Shown here one piece after another: positions 1 to 8,937 of a stretch of 64,000 bases of DNA; positions within the stretch are counted from its first letter, which is position 1, and each line of letters opens with the position of its first letter. The position numbers and the translations under genes are program-made. The stretch is from an uncultured Methanosarcinales archaeon (lineage in GTDB: Archaea > Nanobdellota > Nanobdellia > Woesearchaeales > GW2011-AR9): positions 7,844-71,843 of the forward strand of contig CAZNUS010000002.1 in the NCBI GenBank assembly GCA_964576385.1, written 5' to 3'. The notes beneath the pieces were generated by a model. It was not told where the DNA came from. It did not search any database and worked only from the letters and a program-made list of their open reading frames with translations.

Positions 1-80
1 TCAGATAGTTCCTTATCCCTTGCAATATAGCTATCTGAATTACATAAAACTTAAAAATAGAATTTTCAACTATTGAATAC

Positions 81-764
81 ATGAGAAAAATGATGCTTTT
101 AGCAGCTGTTGTTAGTTTTATGTTGTTGGTATTGCTTCCCGCCTGTAAGACACAAACAGGTGCAGCTATTGCAGAAGAAGATCCTTGCTCTTTATTAGAA
201 GGCTCGGCGAAGGATAATTGCTATTTTGAAGCAAATAAATGTAGTAAAATAAGCTCCTTTACTGTTAGGGACTCCTGCGTAGCAGAATTAGCTAAGCTGA
301 AAGCAGATATCAAAGTGTGCAATCTAATTAAGAATGAAAAGACCAAATCATATTGTCAAGAACAAATTGCTGAATTAACTAATGATTCAGAGATCTGTTT
401 AGGTATCAAGGATCCTTACTGGCAGGACAACTGTCACTTTAATTTGGCAATAGATGATAATAAAGACGCTTACTGTTCGCTGATCAGCAGCACTGAACAA
501 AAAAACAAGTGTTTTTATGAAATTGCTCTTTCCACAAAAAACTCTGTTTTGTGTGAACTTCTCCCAAGGGATGATAAGGGAAGATGTATCTTTCAGGTTG
601 CTGTCGCTAAGCCGGATTACCTCCTTTGTCAGGACTTAGAAGAACCAATAAATCGTGATTCTTGTAGAAAGAAAGTAGCAAGGGTAAGTAATAATCCGGA
701 AGTTTGTGAATTGATTGGAACTGAACAGATTAAAAACTTCTGTCGTGAGCAATTTAAGAAGTAA
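81..764 (+). CDS. Cys-rich secreted lipoprotein-like repeat protein (hypothetical)
   Basis: 227 aa ORF. Hydrophobic N-terminus ends in a lipobox-like LLPAC. About 16 Cys recur every ~10-12 residues in repeated D-x-C...K-x2-C-Y/F units. Confidence 0.5.
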   Translation: MRKMMLLAAVVSFMLLVLLPACKTQTGAAIAEEDPCSLLEGSAKDNCYFEANKCSKISSFTVRDSCVAELAKLKADIKVCNLIKNEKTKSYCQEQIAELTNDSEICLGIKDPYWQDNCHFNLAIDDNKDAYCSLISSTEQKNKCFYEIALSTKNSVLCELLPRDDKGRCIFQVAVAKPDYLLCQDLEEPINRDSCRKKVARVSNNPEVCELIGTEQIKNFCREQFKK

Positions 765-1047
765 TTAGTTCCATCTTCCTCATTTAATTTATGAGGCGTT
801 CTATTTAAGCTGATAATACAAGTATAACTCTTAGAATCATTATAGATAATTGTGTTAATTATGTTGTTGAATTTTAGCAATTATCTATTTAGAAATGCCT
901 ATTTTATGTCACTTAATTAATACATATCTCTATAATTCTACATTTAGGTTTTTAACTGCTAATTGGTTTAGAAATTTAATGCAAGTAATTATACTTCATA
1001 AGCTTGATTACTCTAAATAAAGAATTAAAACTAATTCTTAGAAAAAA

Positions 1048-1224
1048 TCAGCAGCAATGGTGTTTCTTATTCCAACTATACGTCCTAATTGCCGCAGTTT
1101 TACCATAGCCGCAAGAAGCGCATCTCTTTTTTCGGATATGATATGCACGTTTACCGCATCTTTTGCAGGGGATATGCGTTTTCTTTCCGCTTTTTACCCC
1201 CATACTGGCTGTTCCTTTAGTCAT
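1048..1224 (-). CDS. rpl37e: 50S ribosomal protein L37e (zinc ribbon)
   Basis: Hand translation of the minus strand gives MTKGTASMGVKSGKKTHIPCKRCGKRAYHIRKKRCASCGYGKTAAIRTYSWNKKHHCC. It has the C-x2-C-x14-C-x2-C L37e signature. It lies immediately downstream of the Sm gene, the classic archaeal operon arrangement. It is not in the ORF track because it is under 60 aa; it shadows the spurious + ORF 1057..1245. Confidence 0.85.
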   Translation of the reverse strand: MTKGTASMGVKSGKKTHIPCKRCGKRAYHIRKKRCASCGYGKTAAIRTYSWNKKHHCC

Positions 1225-1310
1225 GTTTATTATCTCCTAAAATAATTTTTAAATATATTTTTATTGTTTATTTGATTAATAAGCCCAAATTAAAAATAAT
1301 ATCTCTCTGC

Positions 1311-1538
1311 TTACGCAGGAGAAATAATAGTAATAGTATCTCCTCTGATAAATACTTTCCCTAATTTTCTTTTTAATTCGCCATTCTGATGCTCTTCTGC
1401 ATCTTCCAATACAGTATTGATATGAATATCAAATGCTTTTAATTTCCCAAGATATCGGTAACCATTTTTTAGGTCAACCATCACTGTCTTATTTCTGGCA
1501 GCATTTAATGCGTCTAAAGGTCTTGCTCCTTCATCCAT
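1311..1538 (-). CDS. Sm-like archaeal protein (SmAP/LSm)
   Basis: 75 aa. The Sm1/Sm2 fold pattern is present (VMVDLKNGYRYLGKLKAFDIHINTVLEDAEE...KVFIRGDTI). It sits upstream of rpl37e. Confidence 0.85.
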   Translation of the reverse strand: MDEGARPLDALNAARNKTVMVDLKNGYRYLGKLKAFDIHINTVLEDAEEHQNGELKRKLGKVFIRGDTITIISPA

Positions 1539-1692
1539 AATTACACCCCCTGTAACTTTATTGGTTAGAATGTATGTGCTATATAAATCTTTGCTTTATT
1601 AACGAAGAAACTTACACAGCAAACAAATCTGTAAAAATATATACATATCTCTATTTATCTTTTTACTCTTTTCTAGACATTATAGTTTCTAC

Positions 1693-1836
1693 GTACGTAT
1701 TAAGTTGTTGGCCAAGAGGTCAATTTTGCTGAACTATCGTGACAGGAACAGATGTGAAAATCTTCGAAATAACTGTTATTTTCAGTCAACATCACTTCAT
1801 ATTTTCACCAAAATGGACGGCCAACTTAATACGTAC
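1693..1836. mobile_element. MITE-like element, copy 1
   Basis: 144 bp. The 14-bp terminal inverted repeat gtacgtattaagtt/aacttaatacgtac is perfect and extends through ttggcc/ggccaa. It is flanked by the 8-bp direct repeat gtttctac at 1685-1692 and 1837-1844. It is about 75% identical to the 17099-17243 copy. Confidence 0.6.
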
Positions 1837-1880
1837 GTTTCTACGAAACTATTATAAAGAAAAACATAGTTTGTACTTTT

Positions 1881-2441
1881 ATGGTTGATTTTCAAAAATT
1901 ACAAGAAGATATTCATCGCTATGATGAAGAGCGTGAAAAATTAATTAAGAAGAGCCGTGATGTTCTAAAGTTAAGTAAACTGATTATTTATGCTGTGCAT
2001 CGTGACGAGCTAACGAATGCTGCTAAGCTTGTAAAGCAGATAGAAACCGAAAAAAAAGCGTTAGATAAAATTTCTCAACATAGTGATAAGATGGGTACTG
2101 AAGGAAGTTATAAGGTCGCTATACAAGAATATGTCGAAGCAGTGTTGTATTATGAATTCGTTAAAACCGGAAAACTTATTGACATAACCGTTTCTGCTGA
2201 ACATTTTGTCCTAGGATTAGCTGACCTGCCCGGGGAATTAACAAGAAGAGCTGTATTTTTAGCAGGAAAAGGCAAAGTTGATGATGTAAAAAAGATTGCT
2301 GAACAGGTTGATTTTATTTATGGTGAGTTGTTAAAATTTGATTTTAGAGATAATGAAATTAGACGAAAAGTTGACTCTGTTAAATATGAATTAAGAAAAC
2401 TGGAAGATTTAGTTCTTGATTTAAAACTAAAAGGAAGATAA
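1881..2441 (+). CDS. Translin-family protein (putative)
   Basis: 186 aa, all-helical composition. Motifs resemble translin: SRDVLKLSKLIIYAVHR, QEYVEAVLYY and GLADLPGELTRRAV. Assigned from memory of the family, not from a search. Confidence 0.5.
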   Translation: MVDFQKLQEDIHRYDEEREKLIKKSRDVLKLSKLIIYAVHRDELTNAAKLVKQIETEKKALDKISQHSDKMGTEGSYKVAIQEYVEAVLYYEFVKTGKLIDITVSAEHFVLGLADLPGELTRRAVFLAGKGKVDDVKKIAEQVDFIYGELLKFDFRDNEIRRKVDSVKYELRKLEDLVLDLKLKGR

Positions 2442-2468
2442 ACTCATTTTGTCCTTCCAATCACTTAT

Positions 2469-3080
2469 TTATTTTAATCGATAAAATTCATCATTCTTTT
2501 CAGATCTTTCAAAATTAAAGCCTATCTCTCTAAATAATTGTTCCACATTGTCAGGATCATAGATCCATCCATTTCTATATTGTGCTAACCCTCGAAGATG
2601 GTCTGGATCTAGATATTTTGCCCAGCGGATTAAAAAAGTATCAGAATCCCTTAATGGAAGCGAAACTAATAATCCTTGGTCTGCTACTCGCCGTGAATCA
2701 ACTAAGAGGTCTATGACTCCTCTACGAGTTGGAACATGTTCTAATATCTGCGGTAATAACGTAACATCAAATTGCCCATCGTCAAATGGAAGTTTTTTTC
2801 CATCACCTAAACAAAGGCTAATCTTTTCTGATAGGCCTTCCTTTTGGACTCTTGTCATTGCTCGTTGTAATCTTCTTTCAGAGATATCATAGCCGGTAGC
2901 GGATGATAATATTCCTTGGTTAATTAATTGGCGGATAATGTAAGCTTCAGCAGTTCCAACTTCCAGCACTGATCGAGGATCCTCAAAATGTTTTAATTCT
3001 TCAGATATTTTTTCAGGAGTTTTAAAAAATGCTGCCCAGGTTTCTGCCGACAACAGGTCATAAAAATCGTGGAATTTCAT
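2469..3080 (-). CDS. Class I SAM-dependent methyltransferase
   Basis: The motif I-like segment is VLEVGTAEA, followed by GYDISERRL. The acidic post-II region is LCLGDGKKLPFDDGQFDVTL. Confidence 0.7.
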   Translation of the reverse strand: MKFHDFYDLLSAETWAAFFKTPEKISEELKHFEDPRSVLEVGTAEAYIIRQLINQGILSSATGYDISERRLQRAMTRVQKEGLSEKISLCLGDGKKLPFDDGQFDVTLLPQILEHVPTRRGVIDLLVDSRRVADQGLLVSLPLRDSDTFLIRWAKYLDPDHLRGLAQYRNGWIYDPDNVEQLFREIGFNFERSEKNDEFYRLK

Positions 3081-3200
3081 AATCTATAAAAAAAACCAGC
3101 CCTATTTAAATGTTTCTAACTTTCACCCCTTTTTAGTTACAATTTAGAAAGATTTATAAATCATTATCCATTTGGTCTATGATAAACATCATAGTGATCT

Positions 3201-3224
3201 TAATAATAATAATAATAATAATAG
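3201..3224. repeat. (TAA)7 microsatellite upstream of 3249 gene
   Basis: taataataataataataataatag read directly. The same stretch read in the other frame gives a poly-Y run in a reverse ORF. Confidence 0.8.
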
Positions 3225-3248
3225 TTTACTGTTATCACTTCCTTTAAC

Positions 3249-3845
3249 ATGAAAATATTAGCCATCAGCGATTTGCATGGAGATAGGGGTTTTGCTAGAA
3301 AGATGGCTGAAAAAGGCGCAAAAGAAAAGGTTGATTTGGTTATTCTTAATGGTGATTTTGTTGATGCGCAAGGGAGGTCTGATGGCATAGTTGGTTTATT
3401 TAAAGCAAAAGGATTAGAAGTTGCTGTCATGCCTGGGAATCATGAGGGATTAGCTGAAGTTGATTTTCTTTCTCAGAAATATGGTGTAAAAAATTTGCAT
3501 GGGTATATTTTAAGGAAAGGTGAGGTCGGTATATTTGGCTGCGGGTATGCTGATGTAGGTATTCATCAGCTTAGGGAAGAAGATTTCTTTAATACTCTTA
3601 GGCAAGCCCATTCACAGGTAAAAGATATGAAAAAAAAGCTAATGGTAACGCATATCCAGCCTAGTGAAAGTATTCTGGGCATAGATATGTGGCCAGGCTC
3701 AACTGGAGTAAGAAAGGCAATAGAAGAGTTTCAGCCAGATTTGCATCTTTGTGGTCATGTTCATGAAACTGAAGGTATTGAAGAAAAGATCGGTAAAACC
3801 AGAGTTATTAATGTTGGCAAGAGCGGGAGGATATTTGAGTTATAA
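3249..3845 (+). CDS. Calcineurin-like metallophosphoesterase
   Basis: The metallophosphatase motifs are present: DLHGD, GDFVD, GNHE and GHVHE. Confidence 0.8.
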   Translation: MKILAISDLHGDRGFARKMAEKGAKEKVDLVILNGDFVDAQGRSDGIVGLFKAKGLEVAVMPGNHEGLAEVDFLSQKYGVKNLHGYILRKGEVGIFGCGYADVGIHQLREEDFFNTLRQAHSQVKDMKKKLMVTHIQPSESILGIDMWPGSTGVRKAIEEFQPDLHLCGHVHETEGIEEKIGKTRVINVGKSGRIFEL

Positions 3846-4189
3846 TGCTAGAAGATATTTACCATGCAATCTTGGACAAACCCGGTGTCTCTTATATTCC
3901 AGGTGATTCTGAATCGCTTACAATATCTGGACCACATGAACGGCTACGTTTGTACTCTGAAGGAGGAAAACTATGGTTAGATTATCATAAGCATGGTAAA
4001 GCCCCAGTAATATTAACAGAAATGAAGCTTCCCATAGCACATCAAGGTAATTTAGGAGATCGTGCCTTTCGTATGATTAGAGAAGAATTAGGTAGGGATA
4101 GTACAGCTGACCGTGTAATCCTGCAATTAAACTCTGAAAAAGTAGGACAGCTAACTAGACGTTTAGAAGAATTTTGTAGCTTTATTTAG
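3845..4189 (+). CDS. hypothetical protein
   Basis: 114 aa ORF. The TAATG stop/start overlap with the upstream gene suggests translational coupling. Confidence 0.4.
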   Translation: MLEDIYHAILDKPGVSYIPGDSESLTISGPHERLRLYSEGGKLWLDYHKHGKAPVILTEMKLPIAHQGNLGDRAFRMIREELGRDSTADRVILQLNSEKVGQLTRRLEEFCSFI

Positions 4190-4207
4190 ACTTTTTAGTC
4201 ATTTAAA

Positions 4208-4948
4208 CTATAACTGTTGAAATGCTAAATTAGATGGTTTTTTTCTTAGAATCATCTCCATATAGGGTCCTTTTTGATTATCATGCGCTTGAGATTTAAA
4301 AACAGCATAAACTCTATCTCCCGTTGTTACTACTCTTATGGTCCTTTGACCTCTTCCATAAACATTCCATCCTCCTTTCCTTTCAAAGTCTCCTTTGGAC
4401 AAATATTTAACTGCTTGGATAACCTCTTCCCTAGACATCCCTGGGAGAACTCTTACAGGACAATTATCCCCTATAGTATTAAGTTTAAATTTTCTTGCTA
4501 ATCCAATCTCTTTATTAAAAAGATATTTTACTATCTGCTCTTGTGATAATACTGTAGTGCTGATAATATCTGGATCAAAGCAAACTCTCAATCCATTTGT
4601 GAGCCCATTTAATCCATGTTTTATTGTTTTCATAAAACTATGGATTTTTCCTCGTGGAATATTTTCTGTTTGAGATTTTTCTATAACTGCAATCAACAGC
4701 TGAAGGGTGGCGCCTATTTTCAGATATCCGTTCCTTAAATCTGGTACTGTAGAATTAAATTTATCATACCATGCTCTGAGATTATTAAGATAAGTCTCAA
4801 AAATAGTTTTTGATTTTCCTGTATCGCTTTGAAACCTTAGCGCTTCAACAACAGCTAATAGCTCAGAAATCCTTTTTGGATCGGCAATATAGCTAAAACT
4901 AGGATTGTCTAAAATTTGAACATAAGGCTGTAATTTTTTAAACTTCAT
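4208..4948 (-). CDS. hypothetical protein
   Basis: 246 aa ORF with no confident family assignment. Confidence 0.4.
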   Translation of the reverse strand: MKFKKLQPYVQILDNPSFSYIADPKRISELLAVVEALRFQSDTGKSKTIFETYLNNLRAWYDKFNSTVPDLRNGYLKIGATLQLLIAVIEKSQTENIPRGKIHSFMKTIKHGLNGLTNGLRVCFDPDIISTTVLSQEQIVKYLFNKEIGLARKFKLNTIGDNCPVRVLPGMSREEVIQAVKYLSKGDFERKGGWNVYGRGQRTIRVVTTGDRVYAVFKSQAHDNQKGPYMEMILRKKPSNLAFQQL

Positions 4949-5153
4949 GATAACACCTTTTTTATTGTTAAAACATTAACCTAAACAGTTGCTCCTCATC
5001 TATTTCGTTTAATCAGGTAATATTAATTATTTAGGTTATATTAATTATTTATTATATAAATCTATTTTACAAAATGACTATCTTTATTATCCTCACTAAA
5101 TTTATATACCTATTCGTCATTTCTAATTTAATTTTACCTAAAGAGGTGTATTT

Positions 5154-7649
5154 ATGAAGCAATCATCAATTAGATATATGTTAGTTCTTTTGATATTAAT
5201 AGTTCTGTCATTTTTTGTTTTTGCCGAAGATTTAGATAATGCTGAAGAAACAGAAAATGTAGAGGAACTCTCAGATACCGGTGTAAATTCAGATGATACT
5301 CTTTATGATGAAGAGTTTGATAGGATTACTGTAGAAGGCATTTATGATGATGTAGATGAAGTTCAATTAGAAGGGGAAGCTGGGATGACTCCCGACAGTG
5401 GATTATATTTCTTAGAAGAAATTGTCGAGAGTGTTCTAGTAGGCGATGACCCTGAAACTGCTTTAAAGTATAAAGAAGAAAAAATATTGGAAGCTAAAGA
5501 GATGGTAGAGTCAGGAAATGAAGAAGCTGCCGAAAAAGCCTTATCTAATGCAGAGGAATATAACACTATCATCAAAGAAGAAGTTTCTCCAGAAATAGAG
5601 ATGAAAGTAAGGGAAAGCAGCAAAGCTGTAAAAATGGTCTTAGAAGATTTTGACCTAGAAGATGAAAAGTGGGGAGACATTAGGGAAACTGTTGATGAAA
5701 ATCTCCAACAAGAAGATAAAGTTGCTTTGGCTGCAAAAATTTCCAGCAAGATCGCTGGATTATGTAAAGTCCTATCCGATTTAGATCCCTTAGAGTATTC
5801 AAAGATATGTAGGACTGATGATGATGCTCCAAAATGGAAACAGGATTTAGATAAAGAATTGACTGCAGAACAGGAAAAAGAAGCCAGGGAATTCTTTGAA
5901 ATAATGTCGGAATGCTTCCAAAACCCTGGAGAGTGTAGATGCAATGATATTACGATTAAACCATTTGCTGAAAAATGCAGTACTATTGCTCCTCTAGCAG
6001 CTAAGTGTGAAGAAGGAGATGAACGTGCTTGTGGGGATATGGAAAAAGCAGGAGACCCTATAGATTTATTGCCGGACTATCTGCAAGATGTGATGGAAGA
6101 TGTTGAAGATAAGTATAGTGAAGCAAAGTATGATCTGCATATGCCCAGTGAATGTGTTAAAGAAGGCGCATTGACTAGGGAAGCTTGTATGAAAGTTATG
6201 TTTAGGCTTAATGCTCCTGAAGAATGTCAGCAGGCTTTAGAAAATGGGGATATCAACCCTAAAAATGAAAAAGAGGCCCGAGAAGCATGTGAAAGAATAA
6301 TGTTTAATAGTGAAGCACCTGATGAATGCAGAGAAGCAGGTTTGACCGATTTTAGAAGTTGTGAGAGGCATATGTTTAAGTTAGAAGCTCCTCCAGAATG
6401 TCTAGATGCCGGTTTGACTGGCTCGGGCAAAGATGACTGGAAAAAATGTGAACAGATCAGATTTAAGATAGATGCTCCACAAGAATGCTTGGATGCTGGA
6501 CTAACTGGGCAAGGTCGTGACGATTGGAGGAAATGTGATGCTCTCAGGTTCCGCTTAGATGCTCCTCAAGAATGTTTGGATGCTGGTATAGATGGTTCTG
6601 GGAAAGACGACTGGAGAAAATGCGATGCTATAAAATTCAAGCTTGATGCTCCTCAGGAATGTTTAGATACTGGATTAGATGGTACGGGAAGAGATGATTG
6701 GAAGAAATGTAATGTTATCAGATTTAAATTAGAAGCTCATCCTGATTGTCTTGCTGCTGGATTGACTGGGGCAAGGGATGATGATTGGAAAAAGTGCAAT
6801 AGTATTAGATTTAAATCAGAAGCTCCTGAAGAATGCCAGCAATTTGCTAACGAACGTGATCCTTGGAAATCCTGTCAACCTCTCCAATTTAGAAAAGATG
6901 CCCCTCAAGAATGCCTAGACGCTGGTTTAGACGGCACGGGCAGAAATGATTGGAAAGAGTGCGATAAGATTAGGAAGGAATTAGACGGGAAAGAACAGCA
7001 ATCAGAAGAGATGGATAATTCTGGTGAAAATAATGGCAATGAGCGAGAAGATCAGCAACAGCGGAATGGAGAAGATTCTAATAATGGAGAATGGTCTAAT
7101 GATAGAGAATCCTCTAATGAATGTTCCAATGGTTGTTCAGATGAATGCGGTGATAAACAATGGGACTGCTCAGCTGGAAGATGCGAATGTTTCTCTGATG
7201 ATAATCGCGACGATTCGAGAGATTCTGGTTCAGATGGTTCTCATTCCGATGGAACTGGTTCAGGCAGCGATGGAGGGTCTAGCGATTCAGGTGGCGATTC
7301 AGGATCTAGTGGTGATTCCAGTTCTGGAAGTGGGGAAGATTCATCTGGCAGTTCTGGAGAATCAAGTAGGGATGGTCCTAGTTCAGATGATTCGACTTCA
7401 GATGGTTCTGATTCAGGCAGCGATTCAGGATCTAGTGGTGATTCAAGTTCTGAAAGTGGATCTTCATCTGATTCAGGCAGCGATGAAAGCTCTAGTGATT
7501 CTGGATCTAGTAGCGAAGTTTCTTCTGATGATTCTTCTTCTTCAGGAGAGGCCATTACTGGATCTGCAACAAAATTTGTTTATTCAGGTAATTCCGGAGA
7601 AAATCGTTTCCGAAAGCTTGGTAACTTAAATTACTTTTACAGTGATTAA
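5154..7649 (+). CDS. Large secreted acidic repeat protein (about ten tandem ~35-aa two-Cys repeats plus an SD-rich tail)
   Basis: 831 aa. N-terminal signal/TM, then an acidic region. About ten tandem copies of AP-x-EC-x12-14-C-x3-(R/K)F(K/R)(L/I)(D/E), for example APQECLDAGLTGQGRDDWRKCDALRFRLD. Then a Cys cluster and a ~200-aa Ser/Asp/Gly low-complexity tail. Confidence 0.6.
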   Translation: MKQSSIRYMLVLLILIVLSFFVFAEDLDNAEETENVEELSDTGVNSDDTLYDEEFDRITVEGIYDDVDEVQLEGEAGMTPDSGLYFLEEIVESVLVGDDPETALKYKEEKILEAKEMVESGNEEAAEKALSNAEEYNTIIKEEVSPEIEMKVRESSKAVKMVLEDFDLEDEKWGDIRETVDENLQQEDKVALAAKISSKIAGLCKVLSDLDPLEYSKICRTDDDAPKWKQDLDKELTAEQEKEAREFFEIMSECFQNPGECRCNDITIKPFAEKCSTIAPLAAKCEEGDERACGDMEKAGDPIDLLPDYLQDVMEDVEDKYSEAKYDLHMPSECVKEGALTREACMKVMFRLNAPEECQQALENGDINPKNEKEAREACERIMFNSEAPDECREAGLTDFRSCERHMFKLEAPPECLDAGLTGSGKDDWKKCEQIRFKIDAPQECLDAGLTGQGRDDWRKCDALRFRLDAPQECLDAGIDGSGKDDWRKCDAIKFKLDAPQECLDTGLDGTGRDDWKKCNVIRFKLEAHPDCLAAGLTGARDDDWKKCNSIRFKSEAPEECQQFANERDPWKSCQPLQFRKDAPQECLDAGLDGTGRNDWKECDKIRKELDGKEQQSEEMDNSGENNGNEREDQQQRNGEDSNNGEWSNDRESSNECSNGCSDECGDKQWDCSAGRCECFSDDNRDDSRDSGSDGSHSDGTGSGSDGGSSDSGGDSGSSGDSSSGSGEDSSGSSGESSRDGPSSDDSTSDGSDSGSDSGSSGDSSSESGSSSDSGSDESSSDSGSSSEVSSDDSSSSGEAITGSATKFVYSGNSGENRFRKLGNLNYFYSD

Positions 7650-7664
7650 ACCAACTATATTCCA

Positions 7665-8783
7665 ATGAAACCAGTTATTTTTAAATTATTTTATCCTTTA
7701 TTTTTTCTAATGATATTTACTATTTTTTTTTTGATATTTTTTTTGCAGGGTTGTTCAGGAACCAATAATTTTTTCGAAGATCCCATTGGAAATGATTTGT
7801 CCAAAGACGCACTTTACGATGAAGCATTAATAAAATTGCATCAGCAGGGTGTAACTAACATTACTAACAGTAACATTACTAAAACTAGTATAACTGAGAA
7901 AAATTTGACAGATGATACTCTTGCTGAAACTGATTTGGCAGATTTAGACAAGCGGTTTAATCTTCTTAAAAAGAAGATCAGTTCTAACCTTGATAGTTCA
8001 AAAATAAATTTGGCTCAGTTCGTAGGGATAAAGATTGAATTAGATTATTTGAAGATCCAAGGGTATAATCAAAGCAAGGTAGATAATCTATGGGTTGCTT
8101 TCCGAGGTTTGTTTTCAGTTAAAGAGCCAGACTACCGCGGTTTAAGCTTAAATGATCGGTATTACTCAATAAATAGGACAATAGAACGGATTGGCTCTAA
8201 AGAAGAAGAACTCACTGTAACGAAATACTTAGAATTGGAGCAAAGCATTAACCAACTCGAAAAAGATCAGTACCTAGAGCAGAGAGTTTCTAGTTTAAGG
8301 TCACTTTTTTTGAAATTAGTTTTTAGTGAAATAGAATCTGCAATTCTAAACTATGAGCCATTATCTTTTGAAGAGCAAGAAATTATTGAAGATAGTACTC
8401 AAGAGGCTGAAAAGAATAAAACTGAAGAAGTAGGATCTCAATTAGATGAATCACTGCAATTAGAAGAATCTGAAGAAGAACTTAAAGATAAAGAAGACCT
8501 TAAAGAACCACAAGGACCGCAAACCAAAGTAGTTCATCTAATTGATGGTGGGTTTGCTGTCAGTTCGATAAGAATTAATCTAAATGATACCGTACAATGG
8601 CTAAATGCAAGAGAAGGACGTTATAAGATGGCTTTTATTGTAGGAAATAGAAACTGTCAGGAAGTTAAGAGCAAATTTTTTGGCTCAGGAGAATCATTTA
8701 ACTGGACTTTTATCAAACCTGGCACTTGCTGGATATCTGATGGGATCTTTACTACTCAAGCAATGAGTGTGATAGTAACATAA
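7665..8783 (+). CDS. Membrane-anchored/secreted acidic protein with C-terminal cupredoxin-like fold domain
   Basis: 372 aa. N-terminal TM with LQGCSG. The C-terminus follows a plastocyanin-like pattern (NDTVQWLN ... FIKPGTCWISDGIFTTQAMSVIV) but lacks the canonical His ligands. Confidence 0.5.
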   Translation: MKPVIFKLFYPLFFLMIFTIFFLIFFLQGCSGTNNFFEDPIGNDLSKDALYDEALIKLHQQGVTNITNSNITKTSITEKNLTDDTLAETDLADLDKRFNLLKKKISSNLDSSKINLAQFVGIKIELDYLKIQGYNQSKVDNLWVAFRGLFSVKEPDYRGLSLNDRYYSINRTIERIGSKEEELTVTKYLELEQSINQLEKDQYLEQRVSSLRSLFLKLVFSEIESAILNYEPLSFEEQEIIEDSTQEAEKNKTEEVGSQLDESLQLEESEEELKDKEDLKEPQGPQTKVVHLIDGGFAVSSIRINLNDTVQWLNAREGRYKMAFIVGNRNCQEVKSKFFGSGESFNWTFIKPGTCWISDGIFTTQAMSVIVT

Positions 8784-8937
8784 ACTATGTTTAGCTCGGC
8801 GGTAAGTGATTTTTTACTTATATTGTTGGACAAAATAACTACATAATATCTGGCCGACACTAATCTCTGGAAGCCTTAAATGATTCCGTTGACTCTAGTA
8901 AAAAAAATACCTTTAGGACAAGAATAAATGACAATTT

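Noticed and set aside
1057-1245. 62-aa + strand ORF
   Set aside because: It lies entirely antisense to a clean L37e zinc-ribbon gene on the minus strand. It is a shadow ORF.
1538-1881. Reading the 1693-1836 element as SRP RNA, an sRNA or a tRNA-like gene
   Set aside because: Each copy has its own 8-bp flanking direct repeat, which indicates transposition. No tRNA or SRP signature motifs were found.
4208-4948. RelE/ParE-like toxin resemblance in the C-terminus (GGWNVYGRGQRTIRVVTTGDRVYAVFKSQAHD)
   Set aside because: The similarity is impressionistic. The domain sits at the end of a 246-aa protein with no adjacent antitoxin-sized partner. Left as hypothetical.
5363-5944. 193-aa antisense ORF within the large repeat protein gene
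   Set aside because: It is antisense to a well-supported CDS and Ser-rich from reading the Glu/Asp codons backwards.
6227-7000. Possible CRISPR-like or DGR-like array from the ~105-nt DNA repeats
   Set aside because: The repeats are in-frame coding units of one protein with no spacers. There is no cas gene and no reverse transcriptase nearby.
7024-7629. 201-aa and 104-aa alternative-frame ORFs (7024-7629 +, 7241-7555 -)
   Set aside because: They overlap the Ser/Asp/Gly low-complexity tail of the 5154-7649 gene. They are repeat-driven open frames with no independent support.
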